Shown here in pieces: positions 30,941-40,833 of a DNA stretch of 64,000 nt. The first letter of the stretch is position 1, and the number at the start of each line of letters is the position of its first letter. The translations under genes were made by a program, and so were the position numbers. Origin of the DNA: an uncultured Gemmatimonadales bacterium (lineage in GTDB: Bacteria; Gemmatimonadota; Gemmatimonadetes; Longimicrobiales; RSA9); contig CAWCRS010000008.1 in the NCBI GenBank assembly GCA_963798085.1, positions 480,001 to 544,000 on the forward strand, in the 5' to 3' direction. A model generated the notes under the pieces. That model did not search any database. It saw only the letters and a program-made list of their open reading frames with translations, and was not told the origin of the DNA.

Positions 30941-30957
30941 TGGGAATACCTCTTGCT
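30941..30957 (+). promoter_or_regulatory. Candidate sigma54 (-24/-12) promoter of the pilin genes
   Basis: TGGGAATACCTCTTGCT has GG(30943-44)-N10-GC(30955-56) with TTGCT. It is 69 bp upstream of the pilin ATG, and an IHF-like site (TCAAGTAGTTA) lies just upstream. Confidence 0.55.
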
Positions 30958-31025
30958 CCATCCGCCTCTCGGGAAAAGCTGCCTGCCGATCCCGATCCGT
31001 AAAACTCTTTCTGGAGGACGTCGGT

Positions 31026-31430
31026 ATGAAGCTGCGCAAAGGTTTCACCCTGATCGAGCTGCTGATTGTGATCGTGATCATCGGCATTCTGGCTGCGATC
31101 GCGATTCCGAAGTTCAGCAAGACTCGTGAGAAGGCCTATTTCAAGGCCATGATGTCCGACCTGCGCAATCTCGAGGCGCAGCAGGAGATCTACTACTCGA
31201 TCCCTGCCAACAACTACCAGTACGCCGCGAACGTGACGGACCTGGTGGACTTCGCACCTTCGAGCGGCGTAAGCACCAACATCGCCGCGTCGGGCACCAC
31301 CGGCTGGTCGGCGACGGCGACGCATGCCGCGCTTGCGGCCGCGACGCAGAACTGCGCGATCTACACGGGTTCGGCGGCGGCAGTCGGTCCGGCAACGACG
31401 CCGGGAATCGTGACCTGCACGGGTGAGTAA
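31026..31430 (+). CDS. pilA: Type IVa major pilin
   Basis: Leader MKLRKG|FTLIELLIVIVIIGILAAIAIPKF, SDLRNL, C-terminal Cys pair and GGAGG RBS. Confidence 0.92.
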   Translation: MKLRKGFTLIELLIVIVIIGILAAIAIPKFSKTREKAYFKAMMSDLRNLEAQQEIYYSIPANNYQYAANVTDLVDFAPSSGVSTNIAASGTTGWSATATHAALAAATQNCAIYTGSAAAVGPATTPGIVTCTGE

Positions 31431-31450
31431 TTTCGCCGGTGCTTGATCGT

Positions 31451-31473
31451 GGGGCGGCCCACTGGGCCGCCCC
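31451..31473 (+). other. Strong GC hairpin between the two pilin genes
   Basis: GGGGCGGCCC-ACT-GGGCCGCCCC, a perfect 10-bp stem with no U-tract. Confidence 0.7.
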
Positions 31474-31498
31474 CGGGTCAAACTAGGCGAATGCTGAG

Positions 31499-31894
31499 GT
31501 GATGATGCCAAGGCGAAGCGGGTTTACTCTGATCGAGATTCTGATCGTGCTCGTGATCATTGCGATCCTGGCAACGATCGGTGTCAACCGATTCTGGGCA
31601 GCGAAGGACCGCAGCCTGTACGCGAGTATTCAGAGCGATCTGAGAAACATGGGCGCAGAACAGGAGATCTATTACGAGAAGAACCTGAGCTACGCCGCGG
31701 CAGTAACGGATCTGGTGGATTTCAGGAGCAGCCAGGGCGTGACGATCAACATCACATACGCGGCAGCCAATGGCTGGGCAGCGAATGCGACACACACGTC
31801 ACTGGGCGGCAAGCAGTGTGGCTATTACACAGGGAACGCGCCAGCGGCGTCGGGCGCACCGGCGACCGTGAACGGCGTGGTCGACTGCAACTGA
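31499..31894 (+). CDS. Second type IV pilin, paralogue of pilA
   Basis: RRSG|FTLIEILIVLVIIAIL. Shares SDLRN, QEIYY, YAA.VTDLVDF, GW.A.ATH and the C...C pair with pilin 1. Confidence 0.9.
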   Translation: MMMPRRSGFTLIEILIVLVIIAILATIGVNRFWAAKDRSLYASIQSDLRNMGAEQEIYYEKNLSYAAAVTDLVDFRSSQGVTINITYAAANGWAANATHTSLGGKQCGYYTGNAPAASGAPATVNGVVDCN

Positions 31895-31908
31895 TCCGAA
31901 CGCACACC

Positions 31909-31961
31909 ACCGCGGCCTTTCCGTGAGCGCAAGCCATGGGAGGGCCGCGGTTCCTCTTTCC
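31909..31961 (+). terminator. Intrinsic terminator after the pilin pair
   Basis: Long stem ACCGCGGCC...GGCCGCGGT with a GCAA tetraloop, followed by TCCTCTTTCC. Confidence 0.65.
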
Positions 31962-32055
31962 TGAAGGCTCGCCCGCTGAGGGCGGGCCTTGCTGTCTTGC
32001 CCCGTGACGCACGCGCGTCCCATAATCGCTGCTCGCTTCCATAACCCACGCGGTC

Positions 32056-33300
32056 ATGGCCGAACTGCAGACACTGCGACGTGAACTCATTCTGGCGCTG
32101 GCGGTGGTATTCGCCTTCGCTCTTCTGGTGTTCGCGCTTGGTGTGTTCCTGTGGCCGTCGCCGGAGGGTCTGGGTGAGCGGGCCGTCTACAACGGAGTTC
32201 TGGTGCTGGTCGTGGTTGCCATTTTCGCGCTCATCAGTCATATCGTGATCCAGCGGAGCGTGGTGCGGCCCATCCGCGAGATGGTGGCGGAGATCGAGAC
32301 GATTGCCGGCGGGCAGTACGATCGGCGCCTGGCGGAAGGCGACACGCGCGAGCTGTCACGGCTCGCCGCCGCGGTCAATCACATGGCCGAACGCCTCATC
32401 ACGGACCAGGCGCAGCTGGCCGCCAACATCCAGTCGCTGGACGGCACAAACCGTCTGTTGACCGAGGCGAGGGACGCCATGGTGCGCGCCGAAAAGATGG
32501 CGTCCGTGGGCCGGCTCAGCGCCGGCATTGCGCACGAAGTGGGCAATCCGCTGGGCGCGATCCTGGGGTATCTCGGACTGCTGAGCCGCAGCGCCAATGC
32601 GCAGAAGCGCGAGCTGATCGAGGCTGCGGATCGCGAGGCGAGGCGCATCGACCGCATCGTGCGCGGCCTGCTGGACTACGCCCGCCCGCGTGATACCAAA
32701 TCGCTCGAGATGAATGTGAACCGTGTGCTGCATGACACACTCGAACTGATGGAAACGCAGGGCCGTTGGAGCGGAATCGAGCTGCAGGTGCAGCTGGCGC
32801 CCACCGTGCCCGCTGTCCTGGGCGACCCGTACCAGCTGCAGCAGGTGCTGGTGAACCTGCTGGTCAATGCGCTCGAATGCCATGGCGGATACGCCGCAGC
32901 CGCGCATCACCGTGAGCACGCAGGTCAAGGCGTGGGACAAGTTGCGTCCGAAGCCGGCGCGCCGGAAGGATGACCCGCCCGGCATCGATTACACACACCG
33001 GCGGCGCCTCGCGCGCGTCGGTGAGCCGTCGCTCGAACCGGCCGCATCGCAGAGCGGCAGCGTCGTCGAAATCGAAGTGGCGGACAACGGCCCCGGCATT
33101 CCCGCGGAGCTGCTCGACCAGATCTTCGAACCTTTCGTTACCACCAAGGAACCGGGCAAAGGGACCGGTCTGGGACTGGCGGTTTGCGAGCGGTTGGTCG
33201 AAACTATGGGCGGGGTTATCCGGGCAAGGAGCGCACCGGACCGTGGCGCGATCTTCACCATCATCCTGCCGGCCGCGTCACTCAACGTGAAAACGGAACC

Positions 33301-33304
<4 letters not shown>
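32056..33304 (+). CDS. HAMP-domain sensor histidine kinase (PilS2-like), +1 frameshift near 32876
   Basis: 2 TMs, HAMP, AHEVGNPL and QVLVNLLVNA. It continues in the +1 frame to ADNGPGI, FEPFVTTK and GTGLGL, and the stop overlaps the next ATG. Confidence 0.88.
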
Positions 33305-34659
<1,355 letters not shown>

Positions 34660-34672
34660 TCCGGTCGCACTC

Positions 34673-35103
34673 TTCACCGCGGAGAGTGAGGTGGGCGCTG
34701 CGAACGGATTCTCTTCAGTTGTTCACCGCGGAGTGTGAGGCGGGCGCGCTGAGAAGGGAATACACGGCGGGCTGAGGCGCGCGCATCACGCCACGCTCTC
34801 TGCCGGCGAACACGGTGTTTGACAATCCGCTCCGACCAATTCGCGTTCTGCACACCCAAGGCACGGGCTCGAGGCGCTGTCCCCACTGGTTGATCCCCGC
34901 GAGCCATTCTCTCGTCCTCCTGTCCCTTGCTCAATCCGTTCAACAGAAATGATCTGTTCCGCAGTTGGCGAAGCCTTGATGAACAGACAAGCTGACGGAA
35001 ATCGTGGACGGCAGGAATCCGTTCAGGTAATCACGGGCTGTTCTCTCCTTGGAGAGCGAGATCCGGCTTGAACCCCGGCCGCCTTCCGCGCCCTCCGCGG
35101 TGA
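34673..35103. repeat. Intergenic repeat family C (TCACCGCGGAG core)
   Basis: Two 26-bp direct copies with 2 mismatches (34673-34698, 34722-34747) and an inverted core CTCCGCGGTGA at 35093-35103. Confidence 0.6.
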
Positions 35104-35509
35104 TGAGACGGACCGGTGCAGATGAGGCCTGACGGCAGGTCCAGATGGTGCTGCGACCGGCGGCGCCGGCGGCAGCCAGGACTTCGTGGGAGACGAGGGC
35201 GACTCGACCGGCGATCATCATCCGCAGACGCACATTGCTCATGGCAGTACGCACTCGGGGGAGTGATACGCGAAGTTCCCATCCTCGGTCGCGGCGCCGC
35301 GCAAGCCGAGGTTTCCGGCAAACGCTTGGCATGCAGCACAGGTATACGCTTTAACACGCCGTTAGCGCCACCACGCCGCCATGCGATGCCGCCTTGACCG
35401 TCAATTCCTCAGCAACGTCACCGTCGCTTTTCCGGCCCGGGCCCGCGTCGGCGGCGGGCTGTCTCGAACCGCCATTCCGGTGCCCCGCCCGGCAACGCAC
35501 CCTCATGCC

Positions 35510-35959
35510 ATGCGGAATCGAGGAATGCCTCCCGGCGCCACACTGGCGGATCTGCTGATCACGCTCGCGATCCTGGCGGTGCTGCTGGCCATGGCGGCGC
35601 CCAGGCTGGTGCGGGCCAGGGACGCGTACGCGGTGCGCGGGGCGAGGGACGCGGCGGCGTCGCTGATCGAGCGGGCGGCCGCGCTGGCGGGCATGCGCGG
35701 CGGCGCTCGCCTGCAGGTGGATCCCGGTGCCGGTGAGTTGCGCGCGGAGGCACCCCCGGGGCAGCCCGCGGGTCAGGCGCTGCGCCTGACCTTGCAGTTT
35801 GGCGTGGTGCTCTCCGTGGACGGGCACAGCGGGCCGCTGGCGCTGGACTTCGACGGGCTGGGACTGGGCAGCATTGCTAACCGCACATTACGCTTTCGGC
35901 GCGGGGGTGAAGAGGCTCGCCTTTCGCTGTCGCTGTACGGGAGGCCGCGGCAATGGTAG
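35510..35959 (+). CDS. Minor pilin, FimT/FimU-like
   Basis: G|ATLADLLITLAILAVLLAMAAP, and LDFDGLG...ANRT..F..G..L.LSLYGRPR C-terminus. Confidence 0.75.
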   Translation: MRNRGMPPGATLADLLITLAILAVLLAMAAPRLVRARDAYAVRGARDAAASLIERAAALAGMRGGARLQVDPGAGELRAEAPPGQPAGQALRLTLQFGVVLSVDGHSGPLALDFDGLGLGSIANRTLRFRRGGEEARLSLSLYGRPRQW

Positions 35960-36324
35960 GCGGGGCCGGTCGCGCGGGGTTTTCCCTCGTGGAGGTGGCG
36001 GTCGCGCTGGCGCTCTTCGCCTGTGGTCTGCTGGCCGTGGCGGCGGGTGCCACGCGCGCCACGCGCTGGCTGAGCGGCGCCGACGCGGTCGATGGCGCCG
36101 GCCTGTTGGCCACGGCAGTCATGGATTCGCTGCTGCAGACGGCGCGGCCCACAGGCGGCTCGACCGTGCGTGGCCGGTACGCGCTCGCGTGGACGGCGAA
36201 CAGCGCGTCAGGCAGGACCACCCTGTTGCTTGTGGTGCGGTATGCCGATGGCAGCGGCATGCGCGCGGACACATTTGGCGCACACACGGGGCGCTGGCCG
36301 GCGCCGCTCAGCCATGTGCCCTGA
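35953..36324 (+). CDS. Minor pilin, PilV-like
   Basis: RAG|FSLVEVAVALALFACGLLAV. Confidence 0.78.
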   Translation: MVGGAGRAGFSLVEVAVALALFACGLLAVAAGATRATRWLSGADAVDGAGLLATAVMDSLLQTARPTGGSTVRGRYALAWTANSASGRTTLLLVVRYADGSGMRADTFGAHTGRWPAPLSHVP

Positions 36325-37096
36325 CGCGGCGTTCCCGTCGCGCCCGGGGTCGCGCGGCCACACGCTGCCCGAACTGCTCGCGGCACTCGTGATCATGGCC
36401 GTGATCATGACGGGTGTTGCGGCCGTGTTCACGGCACAATCCCGCCTGCTGCGCTCGGCGGGCGATCGCAGCGAGCTGCTGGGTGCGCGGCACATGGCGG
36501 CCGCCATTCTGCGCCAGGAGCTGCGTGCGATTGTGCCCGTGCTGGACGGGACGCTGCTGGGTCCGGATTCGGTGGCGCTGCGCGCGTTCCGCGGGAGCGC
36601 CATCGTCTGCGCCCGGGACAGTGCTTCCGTTCAGTTGCGCTACCGCGGCGTGCGGTTGCCGGATCCCAGCAAGGATTCGCTGCTCGTTGTGGGTGCCGCC
36701 AGCGAGCAGGTGCTGGCTTTTGGCACTGTCACTGCCCCGGTGCTCTCGCTGTGTACGCCGCTCTCCGGAGAGCAGGTGCTGCGCCTTACGCCGCCACAGA
36801 GTCTGACGATCGGCAATGTCGCGCTCCTGTTCGAGCGCGGCGCGTGGTACCTGTCAAGCGGGGCGCTGCGCTACCGTCGCGGCCTGGGCGGCAGACAGCC
36901 GGTCACGGCAGACGCGTTTCTCGACGATTCCACCGATTTCGCCTGGGCGGTGCGCGCCGTCCCGGGAGACACCGCAGGCATTGCCCTGCGCCTGACGACG
37001 CAGCCGGGGCAGGGACCCGCCGCACGCCCGCTCCGACTGCGCCTGCCGCTGCTTAACAGCCGGTTGCCACTCGATTCCACCACGAGCTGTCCGTGA
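36314..37096 (+). CDS. Minor pilin, PilW-like
   Basis: RG|HTLPELLAALVIMAVIM and ILRQELR. Third position in the minor-pilin series. Confidence 0.75.
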   Translation: MCPDAAFPSRPGSRGHTLPELLAALVIMAVIMTGVAAVFTAQSRLLRSAGDRSELLGARHMAAAILRQELRAIVPVLDGTLLGPDSVALRAFRGSAIVCARDSASVQLRYRGVRLPDPSKDSLLVVGAASEQVLAFGTVTAPVLSLCTPLSGEQVLRLTPPQSLTIGNVALLFERGAWYLSSGALRYRRGLGGRQPVTADAFLDDSTDFAWAVRAVPGDTAGIALRLTTQPGQGPAARPLRLRLPLLNSRLPLDSTTSCP

Positions 37097-38232
37097 TGCG
37101 GGCGCGTCGCGGCTACGCTCTGGTGGCGGTGATCGCGTGTCTCACCGTAATCGAGATCGCGGTGCTGGCAGTGCTGCTGGTGTGCGGCGCAGCGCGTGTG
37201 CGCGCGAACGAGTCGCTGGAGCAGGCACGCGCCCGCCTGGCAGCGGAGTCGGCCGTACGCGTCGCCGTGGCCGGCTGGGATGAGGCGGCGCTGCCTGTGA
37301 GCGCGGCCGAATTTGCCGTGCCCTGGGCCACGGGCGGTCTGCCAGGCGGCACGCAGTACGACGCGCGTGCCGAGCGCGTGTCTCGCGGCCTCTATCTGGT
37401 GCGCGGCAGCGGAATCGTCGGCGCCGGTGCCCTGCGCGCCCGGGCCGTGGCCAGTGCCCGGCTCACCGTGATTCCGCAGGACGTTCTCTGGCGTGACTTC
37501 CAGGCGGCGCTCACGGCCGCTGCTGACATCACCGTTATCAGCGCCGCAACCATCGACGGCAGCAACGCGGCCGTTCCGGCGCCACCCTGGCGTTCCTCCG
37601 ACTGCCCGCCGCCCGGCTACGCGCCGGCGTGGTACCCGGGGGGCGCAGCGCGGCCTGCCATTGCGCTGGGACCCGCAGGCGTTCTGCTCAGCGGCGCTGC
37701 TTCGCTCATCGGCGCGCCCGCCGTGCTCACCGGCGCCGCTGGCGCGGGCGCCGTGGATTTCACGCAGCTGGGCGGACTGAGCTTCAGCGATCTCGCGACC
37801 ATTGCGGACCGCATCGAAGCCGGGAGTGTCGGGCCGGCGCCGAGCGTCGCGGGCGGCCTGTGCGACACGGCTGCGCCCGGCAACTGGGGAGCACCGGACG
37901 ACCCGGCCAGTCCGTGTTTCGGTTTCCTGCCTCTCATCTTCGCGCCCGGCGATCTCACCATAACCGGCGGCTCGGGCCAGGGAATCCTCGTAGTCGGCGG
38001 GCGGCTGACGGTTGCGGCGGGTGTGCAGTTCCGCGGCGCTGTGCTGGTCGCGGGCGCGATCTCGGCGCCCGCGTTCGAGCTGCACGGCGCGCTGCGCGTC
38101 GGCGGCGCTGCCTCGCGCGCGGGCGGGACCATCATCTATGACGCGTGCGCGCTGGGGCGCGCGTTCACGCTCGCGCCCGCGTTCCGCCGTCTCTACCGGC
38201 CGGTCCTCCGCTGGTGGCTGCCCGCTTTCTGA
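37093..38232 (+). CDS. Minor pilin, PilX-like
   Basis: RRG|YALVAVI (no E5, as in PilX), QARARLAAES, and C-terminal GQGILVVGGRL..F.G.VLV.G repeats. Confidence 0.75.
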   Translation: MMRARRGYALVAVIACLTVIEIAVLAVLLVCGAARVRANESLEQARARLAAESAVRVAVAGWDEAALPVSAAEFAVPWATGGLPGGTQYDARAERVSRGLYLVRGSGIVGAGALRARAVASARLTVIPQDVLWRDFQAALTAAADITVISAATIDGSNAAVPAPPWRSSDCPPPGYAPAWYPGGAARPAIALGPAGVLLSGAASLIGAPAVLTGAAGAGAVDFTQLGGLSFSDLATIADRIEAGSVGPAPSVAGGLCDTAAPGNWGAPDDPASPCFGFLPLIFAPGDLTITGGSGQGILVVGGRLTVAAGVQFRGAVLVAGAISAPAFELHGALRVGGAASRAGGTIIYDACALGRAFTLAPAFRRLYRPVLRWWLPAF

Positions 38233-38598
38233 GCCCGGGCCTGGCAAACACAAAGTTGCGATGCGAGGGAAAAACGTATTCCGCCCGGCGCCTTCGCAGA
38301 ATGCGACAAACCCTTGCAAATCGCTGACTTGACACCTGGGCACGGTTCTGGAACCGAGGCCTGTCCGACCGGCCCGGATCCGGGAGACGATGCCAGCAGA
38401 AAAACGCTGGTGGCGTGGACCCGCTCCGGGAATGGATGCCGGTCGCAGGACCGCGGACCGTCGAGCTGGCAGCAGCAGCGCCGCCCGATCGATTGCCCCT
38501 GATGCGCTAACCGCGGGCTTGCCGCACGCACGCCCGATTGCAGACGACTGTTGGCAGCGGGCCTGCAAACCCGAAGCAGGGAATCGCCGGGAGCGACA

Positions 38599-39111
38599 AT
38601 GAAGCTTCCCCCTGTCCGTCTCGCAGCACTCATGCAGCGCCTGCGCGCTCCGTCACTCCGGATCGCAGTCGTGGCCATGCTGGTGCTTTACGGCGCCGGC
38701 TGGGCTCAGCTGCGCACGAATCGCCTGGCTAACCGCGCGCAATCCAGCGATGCCGCCACGATCCTGGCGCTCGCGGGTGTGCGTGATTTCGCGCAACAGG
38801 CTGATCCGGGCGCGCTCATGCGAATTCCCATGGGTGCCGATTCTATGGTCATGAAAGCCCGGGTGTTCGCCGGCGACGAGTCGATGGGAAGTTACGCCGT
38901 GCGCGTCTCGCACATCGGACCGTCTGATTTCCGGCTGCGCTCGACAGGTCGCCTGACGAAGGGCGCCTCTTCCATGACATGCAATCTCGACGTGTTCGTT
39001 CAGTTGAGCACAGACAACGAGCGCCCCTCCATGGGCGTGGAACAAGAACCTCTGTGCAACGGGCTGCGGCACGAATCCGCCGTCACCCGCGTTCGCAACA
39101 TCGGCTCCTGA
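38599..39111 (+). CDS. Hypothetical single-TM protein immediately upstream of pilM
   Basis: N-terminal hydrophobic segment and a C-terminal Cys pair. The stop is 6 bp before pilM. Confidence 0.6.
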   Translation: MKLPPVRLAALMQRLRAPSLRIAVVAMLVLYGAGWAQLRTNRLANRAQSSDAATILALAGVRDFAQQADPGALMRIPMGADSMVMKARVFAGDESMGSYAVRVSHIGPSDFRLRSTGRLTKGASSMTCNLDVFVQLSTDNERPSMGVEQEPLCNGLRHESAVTRVRNIGS

Positions 39112-39117
39112 GGTAGC

Positions 39118-40149
39118 ATGGTCTTCTTCGGCAAGAGCAAGGTCACGGCAGGACTCGACATCGGCAGCGGCATGATCAAGCTGGTCGTCGTCGATCACTC
39201 CAAGGCCCAACCAGAAATCGTGCAGGTCGCCACCTCGCCGCTCGTGCCGGACGCCATCGTCGAGGGCGAGATCATGGACCCCGTGCTGGTCGCCGAGACC
39301 ATTCAGTCGCTCGTGCAAAGCGTGGGCCTCAAGAACAAGCGCGTCATTGCCGCCGTGGGCGGTCACGACGTGATCATCAAGCGCATCCAGATGGATCGCA
39401 TGAGCATGGAGGACGCGCGCGAGGTGATCCGCTGGGAAGCCGAGCAGCACGTGCCCTTCGACATGGAAAACGTGCAGCTGGATTTCCAGATCCTGGATCC
39501 GGAAGGCGATGGCGCACAGATGTCGGTGCTGCTGGTCGCAGCCAAGCGCGAGCTGATCGACAACCGCATGAACCTGCTGGCCGACGCCGGCCTGCAGCCT
39601 TCGCTGATCGATGTGGAAGCCTTCGCGCTGCACAACGCCTTCGAGCAGAGCCATCCGGGCGGGCTCGAAGGTCTGGTAGCGCTGGTCAACATCGGACACG
39701 AGACCACCAACCTGAACCTGCTGCAGGAAGGCATTCCCGTACTCGTTCGCGATGTGCCGTTCGGCTCGCGCAAGGTGCGTGAGGCGCTGCAGCGCGACCG
39801 CGGCCTGACCGCCGATGAGGCGGAAGCCATTGTGCAGGGCCGCCACGACGACTCCAACGTGGGCAACGTCGTCACGGAGAGAATCGAGGAGCTGGCGGTG
39901 GGCATCGAGCGCGCCGCGGCCTTCCTCGTGGCCCAGTCCGGCGGCGCCATTAACCGCGTGTTTGTGTGCGGTGGCGGCGCCCGCATCCCGGGCCTGGTCG
40001 ACGCCCTGGGCAATCGCCTCGGCATCCGCACCGAGATCGCCAATCCGCTGGCCGGCATCTCCGTGCGTCCCGACGCCATGCTGGATTCCGTCGACGAAAT
40101 CGCTCCCATGCTGATGCTGCCCGTGGGGCTGGCACTCAGAAACGCCTGA
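39118..40149 (+). CDS. pilM: Type IV pilus assembly protein PilM
   Basis: GLDIGSGMIK, WEAEQHVPF, VLLVAAK, VNIGHETT, GGGA and PVGLALR. Confidence 0.95.
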   Translation: MVFFGKSKVTAGLDIGSGMIKLVVVDHSKAQPEIVQVATSPLVPDAIVEGEIMDPVLVAETIQSLVQSVGLKNKRVIAAVGGHDVIIKRIQMDRMSMEDAREVIRWEAEQHVPFDMENVQLDFQILDPEGDGAQMSVLLVAAKRELIDNRMNLLADAGLQPSLIDVEAFALHNAFEQSHPGGLEGLVALVNIGHETTNLNLLQEGIPVLVRDVPFGSRKVREALQRDRGLTADEAEAIVQGRHDDSNVGNVVTERIEELAVGIERAAAFLVAQSGGAINRVFVCGGGARIPGLVDALGNRLGIRTEIANPLAGISVRPDAMLDSVDEIAPMLMLPVGLALRNA

Positions 40150-40166
40150 TCCGAGCGAGGCATAAC

Positions 40167-40832
40167 GTGATCAAGATCAACCTGCTCCCTGGTGCGGCCA
40201 AGAAGTCGCAACGGCGGTTGCCGAGCCTGAGCGGACTCCGTCCCAAGACGGGCCTCTCGCTCCCATCCGTCGACCGCTGGGTGCTCTTTCTCGTGTTCAT
40301 GTGGATCGTCGGTCCGCTGGCGACCGCATGGCTGTTCTTCGGCGTACGCAATCGCATTTCCGATCTGCAGATCGCAGTGGAGAGCGCGCGCATGGACTCG
40401 GCCCGCTACGCCGAAATGCGCGCGGCTAACGCCGTGCTCATGGCGCGCCAGGATTCGATTGCGCAGAAGCTGGAGATCATCCAGGAAATCGACGCGGGCC
40501 GTTATTCGTGGGCGCACGTGATGGACGAAATCAGCCGCGCGCTGCCTGCCTATACGTGGCTCATCAACGTGACCGCGAAGCCGAGCCCCACGCCTCTGGG
40601 CGCGCCCCGCTTCACGATCGAAGGACGTACCGGCAATACCTATGCGCTGACCGAGTTCATGCAGGAGCTCGAGGCGTCACCGTTCCTCCGCTCCATCAAC
40701 CTGATGCGAACGGAGCAGGTCCACGAGGGCGAAGCCATGATCTACGCCTTCGTGCTGGAAGGTGAATACCAGACACCGCCCTCCGACCTGATCGAGACGG
40801 TGCCGATCTTCAAGGCCAGGGAAGGGGACTGA
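40167..40832 (+). CDS. pilN: Type IV pilus assembly protein PilN
   Basis: IKINLLP motif, a single TM, and ISRALP..WL and LEASPF. Confidence 0.92.
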   Translation: MIKINLLPGAAKKSQRRLPSLSGLRPKTGLSLPSVDRWVLFLVFMWIVGPLATAWLFFGVRNRISDLQIAVESARMDSARYAEMRAANAVLMARQDSIAQKLEIIQEIDAGRYSWAHVMDEISRALPAYTWLINVTAKPSPTPLGAPRFTIEGRTGNTYALTEFMQELEASPFLRSINLMRTEQVHEGEAMIYAFVLEGEYQTPPSDLIETVPIFKAREGD

Positions 40833-40833
40833 A

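Noticed and set aside
31044..31230. Pilin 1 N-terminus resembles Geobacter PilA (F24, Y32, Y50/Y51), suggesting a conductive pilus
   Set aside because: It lacks Y27, has a full globular domain and about 9% aromatics, and no cytochrome genes are in the window. The similarity is explained by general type IVa pilin conservation.
34673..34747. Direct repeats with a spacer, resembling a mini CRISPR
   Set aside because: Only two imperfect copies with a 23-bp spacer, no cas genes, and an inverted copy nearby. This fits a REP-like repeat better.
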